From the human T2T-CHM13v2.0 reference genome, Homo sapiens, in the NCBI RefSeq assembly GCF_009914755.1, contig NC_060947.1: DNA of 64,000 nucleotides. One strand, given 5' to 3'. The notes below the pieces were generated by a model, which was not told where the DNA came from, made no database searches, and saw nothing but the letters and a program-made list of their open reading frames with translations. Below, piece by piece: positions 25,104 through 50,133 of this stretch (position 1 is the first letter of the stretch; every line of letters starts with the position of its first letter). The translations under genes were made by a program, and so were the position numbers.

Positions 25104-25310
25104 CTCTTTTTTGTTTTTTTTTTTGAGACAGAGTCTCACTCTGTCACCTAGGCTGGAGTGCAGTGGTGTGATCTCGGCTTACTGCAACCTCTGCCTCCTG
25201 GGTTCAAGCAAGTACATCCAGCTAATTTTTGTATTTTTAGTAGAGACGGGATCCGTTGCCTTGGCCTCCCAAAGTGCTGGGATTACAGGTGTGAGCCATC
25301 ACGTCTGGCC
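25104..25310 (-). mobile_element. Internally deleted Alu with TSD
   Basis: TSD AGAAAATTAAGAA at 25091-25103 and 25311-25323. Confidence 0.85.
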
Positions 25311-26126
25311 AGAAAATTAAGAATTCTTAACCCCACAATACTATCATCACACCTTAGAAAATAAACGGTAATTCCTCAGTATCATCAAGTATTTGGTCAG
25401 TGTTCAAGTTTTCTTCTCTCATAAGTGTTTAGGATCCAAACAAAGTTGACATGTTGCATTTGATTGATGTGTCTCTTTAGATTTTTAAAATCTCCCCCAC
25501 TTTGTTTCTTTGCAATTTGTTGGTTGAAGAAACTTTGCTTGTCCTGTAGAATTTTCCAGTCTGGGTCTGGCTGATTACATCCAGGTGGAAATACATTTCT
25601 TACTCCATTTTTATTAATTTATTAATTATATTAATTAATGTAATCTTATTAAATTTATTTAATTTATCAAATTGTATTAAACGAATGTATTTAATCTTTT
25701 ATTATTAAATTAACTAGAATTAACTCTATTTAATTCTATTATTCCCACTTCCTTTATTAGCTAGAATTCTTCTCTAAAGAAAAACTGTCCCACACCAGCT
25801 ATTTGGCTACTTTGAGATATAGTTTGTGCAGAAAAAGCAGTGTAAATATTTAATTTTTTCCATTTTATTTACCAGTTTTCAGAGAAGTACTACTACAAAG
25901 GTGACCAATAAAAGGATTTTTGGTTTTGTGTCATTATGAACTCATGAATTCTAAACATATTTGAATGAGTTTCAATCCATTGCACTTATTTGTTTGCTTT
26001 TTTTGATGCTTAAATTGAACTATCCCTGGCTAGTAGGAGCTTATTGAGATGGGCTACTCTGTCCTTTTGACACGCCCTCATCATTCTGTGAGCCTTTCTC
26101 ACATCTTCCATGACAATATGTGCTAG

Positions 26127-26660
<534 letters not shown>

Positions 26661-27059
26661 CAGAAACAGCTATTTCTTTAAGGAGCACTGATTCCTTTCA
26701 GTGGAGAGTGGCATTCAAAGGCCAAGATTTGGGGGCTCGGCATGCTTGCTGCTACTAGATTGGTCATTGTTTCTAGGCCCTTTCAAAAGATGGAGCTAGG
26801 AAATAATTGTTTTTTAAAGAGAAGATGATACATCATGGGTTCATATGGACATCCTGGCTATGTTTTGGGATTTTTTTGCATTTTATTTTTTTTAAAATTT
26901 TTTTAATTTTTAATTTTTGAGGGGACATAGTAAGTGTATATATTTATGGAGATGTTTTGATATAGGCATGCATTGTGTAATAATCACATCATGGAGAATG
27001 AGGTATGCATCTCCTCAAGCATTTATCCTGTGTGTTACAAACAATCCACTTACACTCTT

Positions 27060-27343
27060 TATTTTTTTTTTTTTGAGACAAAGTCTCTGTCGCCCAGGCT
27101 GCAGTGCAGTGGCACAGTCTCGGCTCACTGCAATCTCTGCCCTCTGGGTTCAAGTGATTCTCCTGCCTCAGCCTCTTGAGATTACAGGCGCACAACACCA
27201 CGCCCAGCTAATTTTTGTATTTTTGGTAGAGACGGGGTTTCACCATGTTGGCCAGGCTGGTCTCGAACTCCTAGTTTCATGTGATCCGCCCGCCTTGGCT
27301 TCCTAAAGTGCTTGGATTACAGGTGAGAGCCACTGTGCCTGGC
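27060..27343 (-). mobile_element. Alu inserted in an L1 3'-end fragment (about 26880-27365)
   Basis: Alu body; TSD-like acttacact on both sides. Confidence 0.85.
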
Positions 27344-27682
27344 TACTTACACTTTTAGTTATTTTAACTGGCTCTGTTTTGAAGGTAAGCCAGCAGTATT
27401 TAGTGATGATCATTCACCAAATATTCACACCCACCGAATTCCTCAGCTTTATAATCTGCAAGAAGCCCTGTTTTACTGCATCCAATTGTGTTATTTTACC
27501 ATAGATGACAGTCTTTGGAGTCTAGACAGTGACAGAGGGCGCTTTAAGGCATTTTTATATAGAAACCCCTGTGGGGCTGGCTGTGGGCTGTCACACTTCT
27601 TACTGTCTCTGCTTGTTCCATCCCCTCCTCTGCTTCATTCCCTTGCTTTTTCTCTGCCCCCTTGCCCCGGCCATGGCTCCAG

Positions 27683-28939
27683 GTTTCTGACGTTCCGATG
27701 ACTGGCAACCCCGCAGAAGAAGGTGATGTCCCCAGAAGCAGTCCACCTGTGGCTTTTACAGAGGTCCTCCAGGCACCGGCCATCAGGATTCCCCCCTCCT
27801 CCCCTCTCTGTGGCCTGGGTGGCTCCCCCAGAGACCAGGCCTCAGGGCCCGATGCGAGCGAGGGGGCCACCGGGCCTTTCCTGGAGCCCAGTCAGCAGCA
27901 GGCAGAGGCCACATGGGGAGTATCGAGTGAGAATGGAGGGGGGCTGGAGGCTGTGAGTGGGTCAGAGGAGCTGCTCGGTGAGGACACCATCGACCAGGAG
28001 CTGGAGCAGCTCTACCTGTCTCACCTGAGCCGCCTACGGGCTGCTGTGGCTGCGGGTGGGGCAGGGGGTGGTGGGGAGGGCTCCACAGATGGAGGGATGT
28101 CCCCCAGCCATCCCCTGGGCATACTGACGGACCGCGACCTGATCTTGAAGTGGCCTGGCCCTGAGCGGGCCCTGAACAGCGCCCTGGCTGAGGAGATCAC
28201 GCTGCACTATGCCCGGCTGGGGCGTGGCGTGGAGCTCATCAAGGACACCGAAGACCCTGATGATGAAGGGGAGGGTGAAGAGGGGCTCTCTGTCACACCC
28301 TCCAGCCCAGAAGGGGACAGCCCCAAGGAATCGCCTCCAGAAATCCTCTCCGGGGCCCGTTCTGTGGTAGCCACGATGGGAGATGTGTGGCTCCCATGGG
28401 CAGAGGGCTCAGGATGTGACGGCCCTGTGGTTCTGGGTACAGAGGGTCAGTTCATTGGGGATCCTGAGAAAGGGATGGGCAAGGACACCAGCTCTTTGCA
28501 CATGAATAGGGTGATAGCTGGGGTGACTGAGTCCCTGGGGGAGGCCGGGACAGAAGCCCAGATAGAGGTCACCAGTGAGTGGGCAGGCAGCTTGGATCCC
28601 ATATCTGGCAAGGAGCCAGCCTCTCCCGTCCTTCTGCAGGGGCAAAATCCCACCCTCCTCAGTCCCTTGGGGGCCGAAGTCTGTCTCTCTAGTGTAGCCA
28701 GGCCTCATGTGAGCTCCCAGGATGAAAAGGATGCAGGCCCAAGCCTTGAACCCCCAAAGAAGTCTCCCACCCTAGCAGTCCCTGCAGAATGTGTGTGTGC
28801 ACTGCCTCCTCAGCTCCGGGGGCCCTTGACCCAGACTCTGGGGGTCCTGGCCGGGCTAGTGGTGGTCCCTGTGGCTCTGAACAGCGGTGTGTCCCTCCTG
28901 GTGCTTGCGCTGTGCCTCTCTCTGGCTTGGTTCTCATAG
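27683..28939 (+). CDS. PPP1R3F: PPP1R3F exon 4 (acidic region and C-terminal hydrophobic membrane anchor)
   Basis: Acceptor ctccag|GTTTCT, phase 0; 418 codons plus TAG, ending [33 protein letters not shown]; total 799 aa. Confidence 0.96.
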   Translation, partial: VSDVPMTGNPAEEGDVPRSSPPVAFTEVLQAPAIRIPPSSPLCGLGGSPRDQASGPDASEGATGPFLEPSQQQAEATWGVSSENGGGLEAVSGSEELLGEDTIDQELEQLYLSHLSRLRAAVAAGGAGGGGEGSTDGGMSPSHPLGILTDRDLILKWPGPERALNSALAEEITLHYARLGRGVELIKDTEDPDDEGEGEEGLSVTPSSPEGDSPKESPPEILSGARSVVATMGDVWLPWAEGSGCDGPVVLGTEGQFIGDPEKGMGKDTSSLHMNRVIAGVTESLGEAGTEAQIEVTSEWAGSLDPISGKEPASPVLLQGQNPTLLSPLGAEVCLSSVARPHVSSQDEKDAGPSLEPPKKSPTLAVPAECVCALPPQLRGPLTQTLGVLAGLVVVPVALNSGVSLLVLALCLSLAWFS

Positions 28940-29917
28940 GCTCTGCTTGTGGGATCAGCAGAGGCTTAAGATGGGATACATGGCCTGTGCAGTGAGGGGA
29001 CCTGGGTCCTTTGCTTCTGAGAATGCTCAACTGAAAGAGAGGCCTTCTCATCCCCAAGCTCTCCAGTCAACACAGGGCTCCCTGTGGTGACACCAGTGGA
29101 GATGAGGGAACGGGTAGATGGTGTGAGTGAGGGGAACTTTTAGAGTGGAACTGGGCATGTCCTCCGCCTACCCCCCGAGCCTGTATTTATTTTTGTATAA
29201 TTCTCTGGATGAGGGAGAGTGGTCGTGAGCTGGTCTTGGGGCACAATTACCCAGAGATATATTTATTAACAGCCAACCTGTGCAACCTGCTGGAGCTTTA
29301 TTTTTAATTTAATTTATATAGAGTACCTATTATTATATGCCACAATAGAGCTCTATGAGAAACAGTGTCTTGCGGTGTAGTGTTCTCCTGTTTGGGCATG
29401 AGTGTGCAGGGTGGTCACTTTCTGTGGGAGGATCACAGTGGGGAGTTGGGGGTGGGACGTGGTCGCCTGCTGCTGCTTCAACATGTCTTTCCTTGAAGAT
29501 GTGTGTCTCCTCGTCTCGTGGTCCTAATCCATATGGTTCTTTGTCTTTTCCACATTCTGCCTGTGGGACCCTACAGGTGTGTATTTGGATGGTGGTGGTG
29601 GGAGCCAGGGAGGAAGAGTGGCAGCCACATGAGGGTTTGGTGTCAGTCACATGGTTGCAGTGGTAGCTGTGGTCTCCTGTGGATGTGGGGACATCAGTTG
29701 TGAATCAGCCACAAGGTTTTGAGGTTACTGAAAAAACAGCCTTTGACACCAGCAGGGAGACCCCTTAGTCCCTGAGATAAGGAAGGCCTCAGAAAGGAAA
29801 GAGGAGTTAATGTACTGCAGTACTTGGTAGCACAGTTGCTGTCCACAGACATCACATTTCTACTAAAAACAGGAAGCCCAGAAGCTTTGAAAGAAAGATA
29901 TATATTTATTGCATGCA

Positions 29918-29943
29918 AATAAAAAACTGCTCAACAAAATAAA
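29918..29943 (+). terminator. PPP1R3F: PPP1R3F polyadenylation signals
   Basis: Two AATAAA at 29918-29923 and 29938-29943, about 1 kb after the stop, at the edge of repeat DNA. Confidence 0.75.
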
Positions 29944-30707
29944 ACACCACATATTTATTTACTTCCCTTTACAGCAAAACCTATTGGAAGAAATATCTAT
30001 ACGAGCTTTCTTCAGTTCTTCTATGATGCCTTTCTGAAATAGCCCCAATCAGATCTTTTTTGCCCAACCATTTCAGCAAAACTGCTGAAGATATTCACAT
30101 TGTTATAGCCATGGTTAAGTCTCAGATGTCATCTTACTTGGGATATTGGCAGCATTTGACATAGTTGATCATCTCTACCTTGCAACCCTTTCTTCACTTG
30201 GTTTCCAAGATACCACACTCTCCTCATTTCCCTTCTTCCTCACTGGCCACTGTGCAAAGCTGTCAGTTCTCTTGAAACTGCTTTGTAGGTTCAATGCAAA
30301 TCCAACCACAATTCCAATAGAGTTTTGCCTGTGTGTAGATCATGACACATTAATTCTTAAATTTATGTAGAAGTGCCAAGACTAGCCAGGACACTGATAC
30401 TTATTGTAATGGTATATTCAGATGGCACGATATTTTTGCAAGAGTAGACAAATCGACCAATAAAAAAACAGTGATCTCGGAAACAGTGTAGACACACTCG
30501 TGTAGACACAGAACTGGTGACCAAGGAAGTGTGTTAGACCAGTGGGGAAATGATTGGATTTTGAATAAATAGAACAATTGGTTACCCGCATTGAAAAATA
30601 TGAACTTGGATCCCTACTTTACAACACAAATAAAAATAATTCTAAGTGGGTTTAAAGCCTAAATGCGAAGGGCAAAACCAAAGCGCTTTAAGAATACAAT
30701 GAGGCAG

Positions 30708-31084
<377 letters not shown>

Positions 31085-31622
31085 TCAGTGACCTTAAAAT
31101 TAGGAATGTCCATTGATCAAAAGACACCATAAAGAGAGTGAAAACCTTATGTAGTAGGTTGCTATGAATAAAAGCAAAACAAAAAGGAGTGAAAACACAA
31201 GTGAAAAATTGGGAGGAGATAATGGAATCACATATAACTGATGAAGGGCTCAAACCTTAGATGCCAATAAGCATCTAAATAAATTGTGGTATATTCGCAG
31301 AATGGAATATTGTATAATGAGAATGGAAGATCCATAACTGCACGAAAGCATACAGATGAATCACAAAAAGCCAAAAAAAAGCTTCCACACTGATCCATTT
31401 ATGCAAAGTTCACAAGCAGGCAAAACTCATGAATTACCACCTAAATGGTGACATTGTAAAGAAAAGCGAGGGGCTGATTACCAGAGTCAGGATAGTGTTC
31501 ACCTCTGGCAGAGGGAGGGATGTGGCTGAGAAGGGGCCCAGAGGACTTCTGGGATGTCAATAATGGTTCACTGCTTGACCTGGGAGACTGTTCATGGATG
31601 TGCAATTTATTCATCATCATTA

Positions 31623-31932
<310 letters not shown>

Positions 31933-32799
31933 ACCCCCCCCATACATTTAGGTTTTATACACTCTTATGCAAAGACCTCACAAGTGAAGCAGAGTGCAGT
32001 GGGAAGTGGGAGTAGCATGAGTGTCCGAGACTCCTGCACACAGGCTTGCAGAGACTCCAGCCTCCTGGTGTGAACCACAGTGTAGGCGGCCTCCTTCCTG
32101 CAGAACAATCCCTGGGCTCCGGGTCTTGCCTTCTGTTTGTGGAGATCGACTAGTGGGGAATCCTCTATCGTGTGCCCCTGACACCAGCCATAGAGTGGGG
32201 CCTCTTGGGATGGACAGGACCTGCCCATATTGTCCTCAGATGTTGGGGTCCATCTCCCCTCAGGCCTCATTCACACCCACAATAGCCCAGGACACATGGG
32301 CTTTGGGGCCTGGTGGGCCTCATAAAAGCCTGGAACCCCGAGCCCTGGTGGTGTGACCTTGGGCAAGTCACCCGTCCTAGACCAGCCTCAGTTCCCCATT
32401 CATAAAGGGGGCTAATGCCCATCAAGCAGGGTAGGTGCAGGCTTTGGGGAAAACGTTGTACTGCCCTCCTCCTGAGCCCATGTTAGACAGGTCTTATAGT
32501 CAAGGCAGGGTAGGAGGGTGGACAGGAACAGGGGCTGGAGCGACACAGTTTGGGACTAAATTGCCCAGGGTCACACAGTGGGCAAGTGGCTTCAGCCCTC
32601 TGTGCCTCCCTTTGCTCGTCTGTCATCAGGGTAATAACTTTTCCTCCTCACAGGGTTAAGTGAGGAAGAGGTGAGATGACTCTTCAGTCACTGAGCAGTG
32701 CCAGGCACAGGGCAAGACTGAGTACACGCCAGTTGTCATTCCCCCTGGCTGGAGCTCTTGCAATCACTGTTATGCCCCCACCCTGCCCTCTCCCATTAA

Positions 32800-33497
<698 letters not shown>

Positions 33498-35587
33498 CCT
33501 ACTTTTCTTTTTTAAAATTTTAGTGGTCAGTTACTAGATAAACTCTATTTTTATCACCCATTTACAGGTGAGGGCCTTCCATGTTCTTATCAGCCCTGAG
33601 CTCAGCCCTTTGCCGAGGCCTTCCTGGTCCACCTCTCCCTCCTCCTTGTGACTAGGGCCAGCATCTTAGTCTCACAGTGGCCCCTTCTCTCTCTGTCCTC
33701 AGCCTTCAGCCCTGCTATCACCCACCCGCATCCTACAACCCCTCTGCTTCCCCTCTTCAGTGTTTTTTGTCCAGGATGAGACCAAGTCCAAACCTGAGCT
33801 TCCTGCTAAGTCAAAGTGACTTTTTCCTTTCAGTCAGGGAAGCCTGACTAAAGCGTCTGGTCCCACGGTGAGGTCTTGGTGTCTCCAGGAACAGCGCAGC
33901 CATGGACGGCCACCCTACAGTGATACCTGCCTTTGCCAGCAGGGGGCATCTTATCTCCAAGACAGGGAAAGCCTCAGAGAAGACGGGAACAGTCTTAAAC
34001 GTTAACTGCTTGTAGGGTCACAGGCCTCAGGGTGCATGAGCTCCAGGCTGGGTGTCCCTTGGAGCCTCCCTCTCTGCATGTGGACAGGTGGGGGCAGCCG
34101 AGGGCCTGGCTTTTACTGTTGTTCGGGGTCTTCTACAGATGACTCTCCTCCTCCTCCTCTTCCTCTTTTTCCTTCTACCAGGAACTCATTTCCATCACTA
34201 AAGAGAGGTTCTCATATTTTTAATCCTCTTTATCTCACTTAAAGGGTCCATTATAGGATTTTTCCACAAGATGCACTGGCTCTGAGGCCTGTGCCCAGGG
34301 CAGGTCAGGCTATAGATTGGCCAGGTTGGCCAGGTTGGCCAGGTTGGCTGAGGGCACCAGCCTGGATCCTGAAGACACTGGAGACAGCCCCAACAGAGCC
34401 TGGGGCTCAGGAAAAGGCCACCAACCCCCCAGCCAGATCCTGGCCAGCTGCCAGCTCCGCCTCCACCCAGTCCTCTCCCAGGGCCTGAACGCCGGGTCTA
34501 GAAGCTCCAGGCCTGGTGGTCTGGGGGAGACACGGGCCGGGAGGATCCCTCGAAAGAGGAGGCAGGAGACAATCTCTGTATGGCTTGAGGGATGCACAGC
34601 TGTGGGGTGAGGCACGCCCCACCTAGCACAGGCCCACTGACACTGCTGTGCAGCTGCAGGCCCAGCTGCTGCCCTCTATGGGGCTCAGTCTCCTCACCTG
34701 TGCAATGGGCATCATTACACCCCCAACGTGCAGGGGATGCTCGTGAATGGAGGGGAGCCGAGGCGTTGAGAAAGTAGATTTGGCTCAAGAGGAGGAGGAG
34801 CAGGTCAGGGTTGGTGGGGAAGGATGGATGCGGCCACCTCAGGCATGGCCGGGGCTGCCTTCCTCAAAGTGCTCAGGACAGTCAGGTGGGGGAAGTTCTG
34901 AGTCTGTGAGCAGAACCGTGGGCTGGGGACCAGGTGAGGTTGTCTCTGTAGTGTTCTGGGGTGGCCAGCCACTGTGCCACTATTCCTTCCTGTTGGTCCT
35001 CATCTCTGCCCACGGGGAGCCCCAAGATGCTCCAAGAGCTCACAGTGAGCTCATGTGAGTTACTGTGACCCACATGCAGTCATTACAGCCATGTGTCATC
35101 ATCACAACAGCCACCAGGTTAACACTTGGATAATTTATCCAAATAACGACTCACCTGATGTGATTTGCATGATATGCCATCATTTATTATTATACTCCTA
35201 TTGGATGTTTAGGTAGTGTTCGATTTGCTTTTTTGCCACTATAAACTATCTGTGGTGAGCATTGTTTCCCATATATGTAAACTTGGGAGAGACACAGGAA
35301 TGTTTATATAGTAAAACTATTTGTAATAGCAAAATACTGGAAACAACCCAATTATACATCATCAGGAAATGCATAAGTAAATTATGCTGTATTGACATCA
35401 TGGAATACTACACAGCTATGAGATGGAGTGAACTAAGGTACACAAAGACACAATGTTAGGTGAAAGAAGCCAGATACAAAAGAGGAGATGATATATGCTT
35501 TTCATATATGGCTCAAAACCAAACAAAACTAGTATTTAGGCATACATACACCTGTGTTAAAACAGTTTTACAGAAAACAAGGATTCT

Positions 35588-37321
<1,734 letters not shown>

Positions 37322-37832
37322 TGATTGATTTTTGAATATTGTGTCAGTTTTGCATCCCCAGGATAAGCCTCACTTGGTCATGGTGTCTTATTTTTGTATA
37401 TTGGATTTGAATTGGTAATATTATGTTGAGGATTTTTTTTTTCATCTATGTTCATGAAGGAAGTTGGGCTGTACTTTTCCCATACTTTCTTTTTTTCTGG
37501 TTTTGGTATCAGGGTAATGCTATTAGAGAAGTGTTCCTGTCTTATTTTTTGAAGAGATTTTGTAGAATTGGTATTATTTCTTCTTAGATGTTTGACACAA
37601 TTTGCCAGTGAAACCATCTGGACCTGGCAACTTTATCTTCTTCTTTTTAAAAAAGACTTTTTTTTTTTTAAAGAGCAGTTTTAGGTTTACAGTAAACCTG
37701 AGAGGAAGGTACAGACATATCCCATATACCCCTCACCTCCACACATGCACAGCCTCCCCATTATCAGCAACCCTCACCAGCGTGGTGCATTTGTTACAAT
37801 TGATCATTATCACCCCAATGATACATGAGGTA

Positions 37833-45607
<7,775 letters not shown>

Positions 45608-46717
45608 CATCTGGTAGGTCTGCAGGCCAGTCCTCCCGGGGTCTGAAGTGTGAGTGAGGGTGAAGAGCAGGCAGTGTGCTTCGGGTGAGTCCGTTGGGTC
45701 CTGCTTCGTGGTCTGTGGCCTCTGAGGGAGAAGGGCCTCGAGGCTTCTGAAAGGGAAGGGGCTCCTGGCCTCTGAAAGAGAAGGGCCTTGAGGTCGTCCT
45801 CCTTCTCTCAAAGGCTGTGAGGCCACCATCTGCTTTGTGGTCGTGAAGGGGCCAGGACAAGGAGGAAGGTGGGCCATGGAGGGGAGGCGGTCAGGGGCTC
45901 AGGTGAAGAAGGGGCGATTGCTGGGTGTGCTGTCAGAGGGATGGAAGTCCGGAGGTGCCAGGAATACCCGATACAGGGGAGATCCCTGAATGAGGTCCCG
46001 GACAGGTGCGAGGAGGGCGATAAAGAAGGGACCTGGCACCTGGGAAGACTGCGGGCTGGTGAGTGCCCCTGAGCTTTGTGGAGTGGGGAGCCCCGAGTGA
46101 GAAGCATCGCAAGATCTCACCTCCGCCATGGAAGGTCTGGCAACAGTGGGAAGGACTGGGAGAGGCTGTGCGGTCCAATCAAACTTGATTTGAGAGAAGT
46201 GAATGGCTCTAGTAAGTGGGAGTGTGCCCAAAGTAGCAATCACGAGAATTATGATTCACTAATGTTTTCATGTGGAGTCCACTTGTGAAACTAAACCTCA
46301 TCAGAAATGACCTCTGCCAGTGGGGCGCCATGGCCTGCGCCTGTAGTCCCAGTTACTCGGAACGCTGAGGTGGGAGGATCCCTTGAGCAGGAGGTCGATG
46401 CTGCAGTGAGCTGTGATCACGCCGCTGCACTCTGCCAGAGCAACACAGGGAGACTGCGGGACCAAAAGAAATTTAGAAAAAAAATGTCCTCTGCGTTTTG
46501 TCACACGCCTTAAGATGATTGCTCTGCCAGCTTGGCCAGCATAAGTGGCTTTGTAGGCACTCAGAAAAGGTACACACATGCTTAACTCTGGGACTTATTT
46601 TGAAAGTATTTTCAAAATTAAAACGACAAGTTAACATTTATCCATGGAGGTGATGGAATATAGCAGCCCTTTCGAGGGCATGCTCCCAATCACGGTTGTC
46701 TGTTTTCAGTGTGAAAT

Positions 46718-46798
46718 ATGAGTTGGCGAGGAAGATCGACCTATCGGTCTAGACCAAGACTCTATGTAGAGCCCCCTGAAATGATTGGGCCTATGCTG
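46718..46798 (+). CDS. GAGE10: GAGE10 exon 2, coding part
   Basis: Acceptor ttttcag|TGTGAAAT at 46710; [27 protein letters not shown]; donor CTG|GTGAGT. Symbol inferred from position (first GAGE after PPP1R3F) and the enlarged intron. Confidence 0.92.
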
Positions 46799-47261
46799 GT
46801 GAGTGCTTAAACGTTAATTCGTTGTTTTCTATTAGCAGAAATTAATTTTTGTGACAGTATTGTTGCATTAGTATGGAAATGCTGATAAAGGTCTTTCCTG
46901 CTCATAAAAAATGATGATGGCGTCTCATGAAGGAAACATTGATTCTGGAGAATTTTTTTTCCTCTAGTGTTCTTCAGCTTTTGCCCATGACTTCTTTCTC
47001 AGGCTTTGTTTGTTAATGACAGATTGTACACATGTATTCCAACACGGAGTATAATAGCCTCCAAAGTCCTCGTGCGTCACTTTTCTCATAGTAACCTTCC
47101 TGTGGGTCGAGTAACCTTATTGGGCATAGAGCATAGAGTTGGAGAAATGTCTTTAGGCTTAGTTAGGACCAGAAATAGCTATGTATTCTGTGTATATATG
47201 TAAAATTTTGTATCAATAACGAAACTTATTTTTTATTTGCACACCCACACGTATTCCCCAG

Positions 47262-47382
47262 CCCGAGCAGTTCAGTGATGAAGTGGAACCAGCAACACCT
47301 GAAGAAGGGGAACCAGCAACTCAACGTCAGGATCCTGCAGCTGCTCAGGAGGGAGAGGATGAGGGAGCATCTGCAGGTCAAG
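47262..47382 (+). CDS. GAGE10: GAGE10 exon 3
   Basis: [40 protein letters not shown]; ccccag acceptor, AAG|GTGAGG donor; 121 nt. Confidence 0.93.
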
Positions 47383-49309
47383 GTGAGGGAAAGGGAAGAA
47401 GAACGTCTGCTGGTGTGTGCGTGTGTGTGTGTGTGTGCACGTGTGTGTGTGTGTGTGTTAGGCATTGTCACATAGGAGGAAGAGGAGGAAAGAAAACAAT
47501 GGAAAGAATGCCTGAAATTGACTGGAAAAGCGAGGAGGCTATGTAGTTTGCAGCTTAGCTTAGGCAAATCCCTCACTATGATAAAAGTTCTCATCTTTAT
47601 GAATGAGAAAATGGAGGCGCTGGGATTGTGTTTTATCCAAGAGCCCTTGACTGGTGAATACAAAATTTGTATTTTGTTCCAAGGTTTGTGTCTTCCTACC
47701 ATCTATGTTGCTGTAAAAACGGAAATGATTTTGCTGAAAATGCTTAAAACTCAAAGGCTTTACTGTAAGGTAGCTTAGTACTGACCCAAGAATAGACCCA
47801 GTTCAGAGGAGCAGGAGCAGCTCCAAAAACCGAGTCACTGAATGTCAGCCACTGTTTCCTTTGATTGATGTTTTTATATGGTACATTTGATAAAAGCTGG
47901 ATAAATGAGGATACTGCCATACAGGTAGCTGGTTTAGTTATTTTCTAAGTGGCTTTTAGGAGGTGATTAAATCCTTTTATGGTTAGAAAAAGCAAAAAAG
48001 GAATTATCCTGAGATTAACATTGAGATAGAAATAATTTCTCCTAGATAAAATATTTTCAAACAAAACATTTATGTAACTGAGGTCATGGATTATTCCAGG
48101 GATGCACTGTTAAAAATTTCTAGAATCTGACTGACAACAATGCCCATTAATTGCTGTCCTCCCACTCCCTTATTCTCAGTGTGGGACAGTATATTTTCTG
48201 TGATTCACAAACAGTGTTATATTTGGTGCTTTGTTCTTCACGGGGTTCATTTATGGAATATTACATTTAGGACCTTTGGACCTAAATATAACTTTATTTG
48301 AACAAAATGAAGTTTCTATTTACCTCAATAAGTAATGGGTGTCATGACTGTAAGATTTTCCATAGTCCTCAAATCCATTCAGCTAATCGATCCTTCAGAA
48401 ATTGACATTGTAATTGTAACCGAAATCCTATCCATGTGGTAGACTTGAGATTTCTTAGCTGATGCACACTGCTCTTGGTACTCTATGGCTGAATATAAGC
48501 ATTATACATGTCCTGTGGTTTATCCTTAGATTGTCATTTAGGAGAAAGGTCTCAAGCTGGGCTGAATGCTGTGCACGCATAGTCCCAGCTACTTGGGAGT
48601 CTGAGGTGAGAGGATTGCTTGAGCCCTGGAGTTGAAGCCCAGCCTGGGAAACATAGCAAGACCTTATCACTAATAAATAAATAAACAAACAAACAAACAG
48701 ATAACTAAAGGTTTCATGGTATAGGAAAACACAGATGCAAAGTTTGTGCCTAGTTGCTGGTAATGTTGCAAACATAACTCCTTAGTGAACTGTACCACTT
48801 AAAAATAGTTAAGATGGTAAATTTTAGAATATGTGTATTTTTTACCATAATTAAAAAAAACCTCCTGTCTTCCTAAAGTTCAGTGTAATTGTCATATATT
48901 CTTTTAAATTTTTACTGTATCTATTTTCAAGGCATAACATTATGGAAAATTTGCAAGAATAGTACAATGAACTCCTATACTTTTCACCTAGATTCACCAA
49001 TTGTTAATAGCTTTCGCTTCATAGGTTTCATATCACTTCCCTCTCTTACCCTGCTTCCCACACACTCACACACACACACATACAGATATATGTTTACTGT
49101 TATTAATGCTGAATTGTTTCGATAAATTTTCAGGTGTTATGACCCTTTACACCAAGTACTTGAGGGTGTGTACATCATCAGAACAAAGAAAAAGTAATTC
49201 CTTGGTCATCACTGCAGAAAAATCAAAATCAGGAAATTTAACAATGAGAAAATGCAGTCATTTATTACACAGTGTATACTCAAATTTCGCCAGTTCTCCA
49301 GACAATTTC

Positions 49310-49622
49310 TTTTTCCCTTTTTTTTTTTTTTCCTTTGTTGAGACGGAGTCTCTCTCTGTTGCCCAGGTTGGAGTGCAGTAGTGCAATCTTGGCTCACTGC
49401 AACCTACACCTCCCAGGTTGAAGGGATTCTCTTGCCTCAGCCTCCCATGTAGCTAGGACTACAGGGCCTGGCCACCGTGCCTGAGTAATGTTTCCTTTTT
49501 TTTGTTTGTTTGTATTTTTAGTAGAGATAGGGTTCGCCCTGTTGTCCAGGCTGGTCTTGAACTTCTGACCTCACCTGATCTGCCCACCTTGGCATCCCAA
49601 AATGTTTGGATTACAGTTGTGA
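49310..49622 (-). mobile_element. Alu split by the provirus; its last bases resume at 58381-58402
   Basis: ...ggattacagttgtga | provirus | gtgagaccccacgccc... rebuilds the Alu 5' end. Confidence 0.85.
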
Positions 49623-50111
49623 TGGAACAGGAATTAAAAGAAATTAAAGAATGTGTAAGCAAAAACTCAGTTGTATGTAAGAAAACCCAATTTCCCCTGA
49701 GGAAGAGAAAGAGCTGGAGTCCTTTAAAATTAACTGCCTGTTTTTCCTTCTGTGGCTAGTGAGTCTTATCTCTCCCTTTCCGAGGCATTGTGAAGACCCT
49801 GTTTCTCTAGTTGTGCAGCTGCAAGGTCACTAGACAGATAATCTCAAGTGGTAAAACATGTTGTTCCTTGAAAAGTAAGAAATAATGTAATGCATGTTTC
49901 AATTGAGTAACTGTATTTGTTTCCCACTTCTGTAATATGCTTCCCCTGCACAGATCTCCCCCTGCCCCACGAAATGCTTAAAAGATAGCTTGACTCTTTG
50001 TTTGGGGCTCAGTCCTTTGGATGTTAATCTGACTAGGTCGGTGCATCTAAATAATTAAATAATTCCTCCTCAACCCCTCGGTCTCTCTGATTCCTTAATT
50101 ATCCTGCAGCA
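49623..50111 (+). repeat. 5' LTR (489 bp)
   Basis: TG...CA ends, ATTAAA at 50054-50059, direct repeat of 57896-58380. Confidence 0.93.
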
Positions 50112-50115
50112 TTTC

Positions 50116-50133
50116 TGGTGACCCGGACAGGGA
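50116..50133 (+). other. Primer-binding site, tRNA-Ile-like
   Basis: TGGTGACCCGGACAGGGA matches 15 of 18 positions of the complement of the tRNA-Ile(AAU) 3' end as I recall it (TGGTGGCCCGTACGGGGA). Confidence 0.65.
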
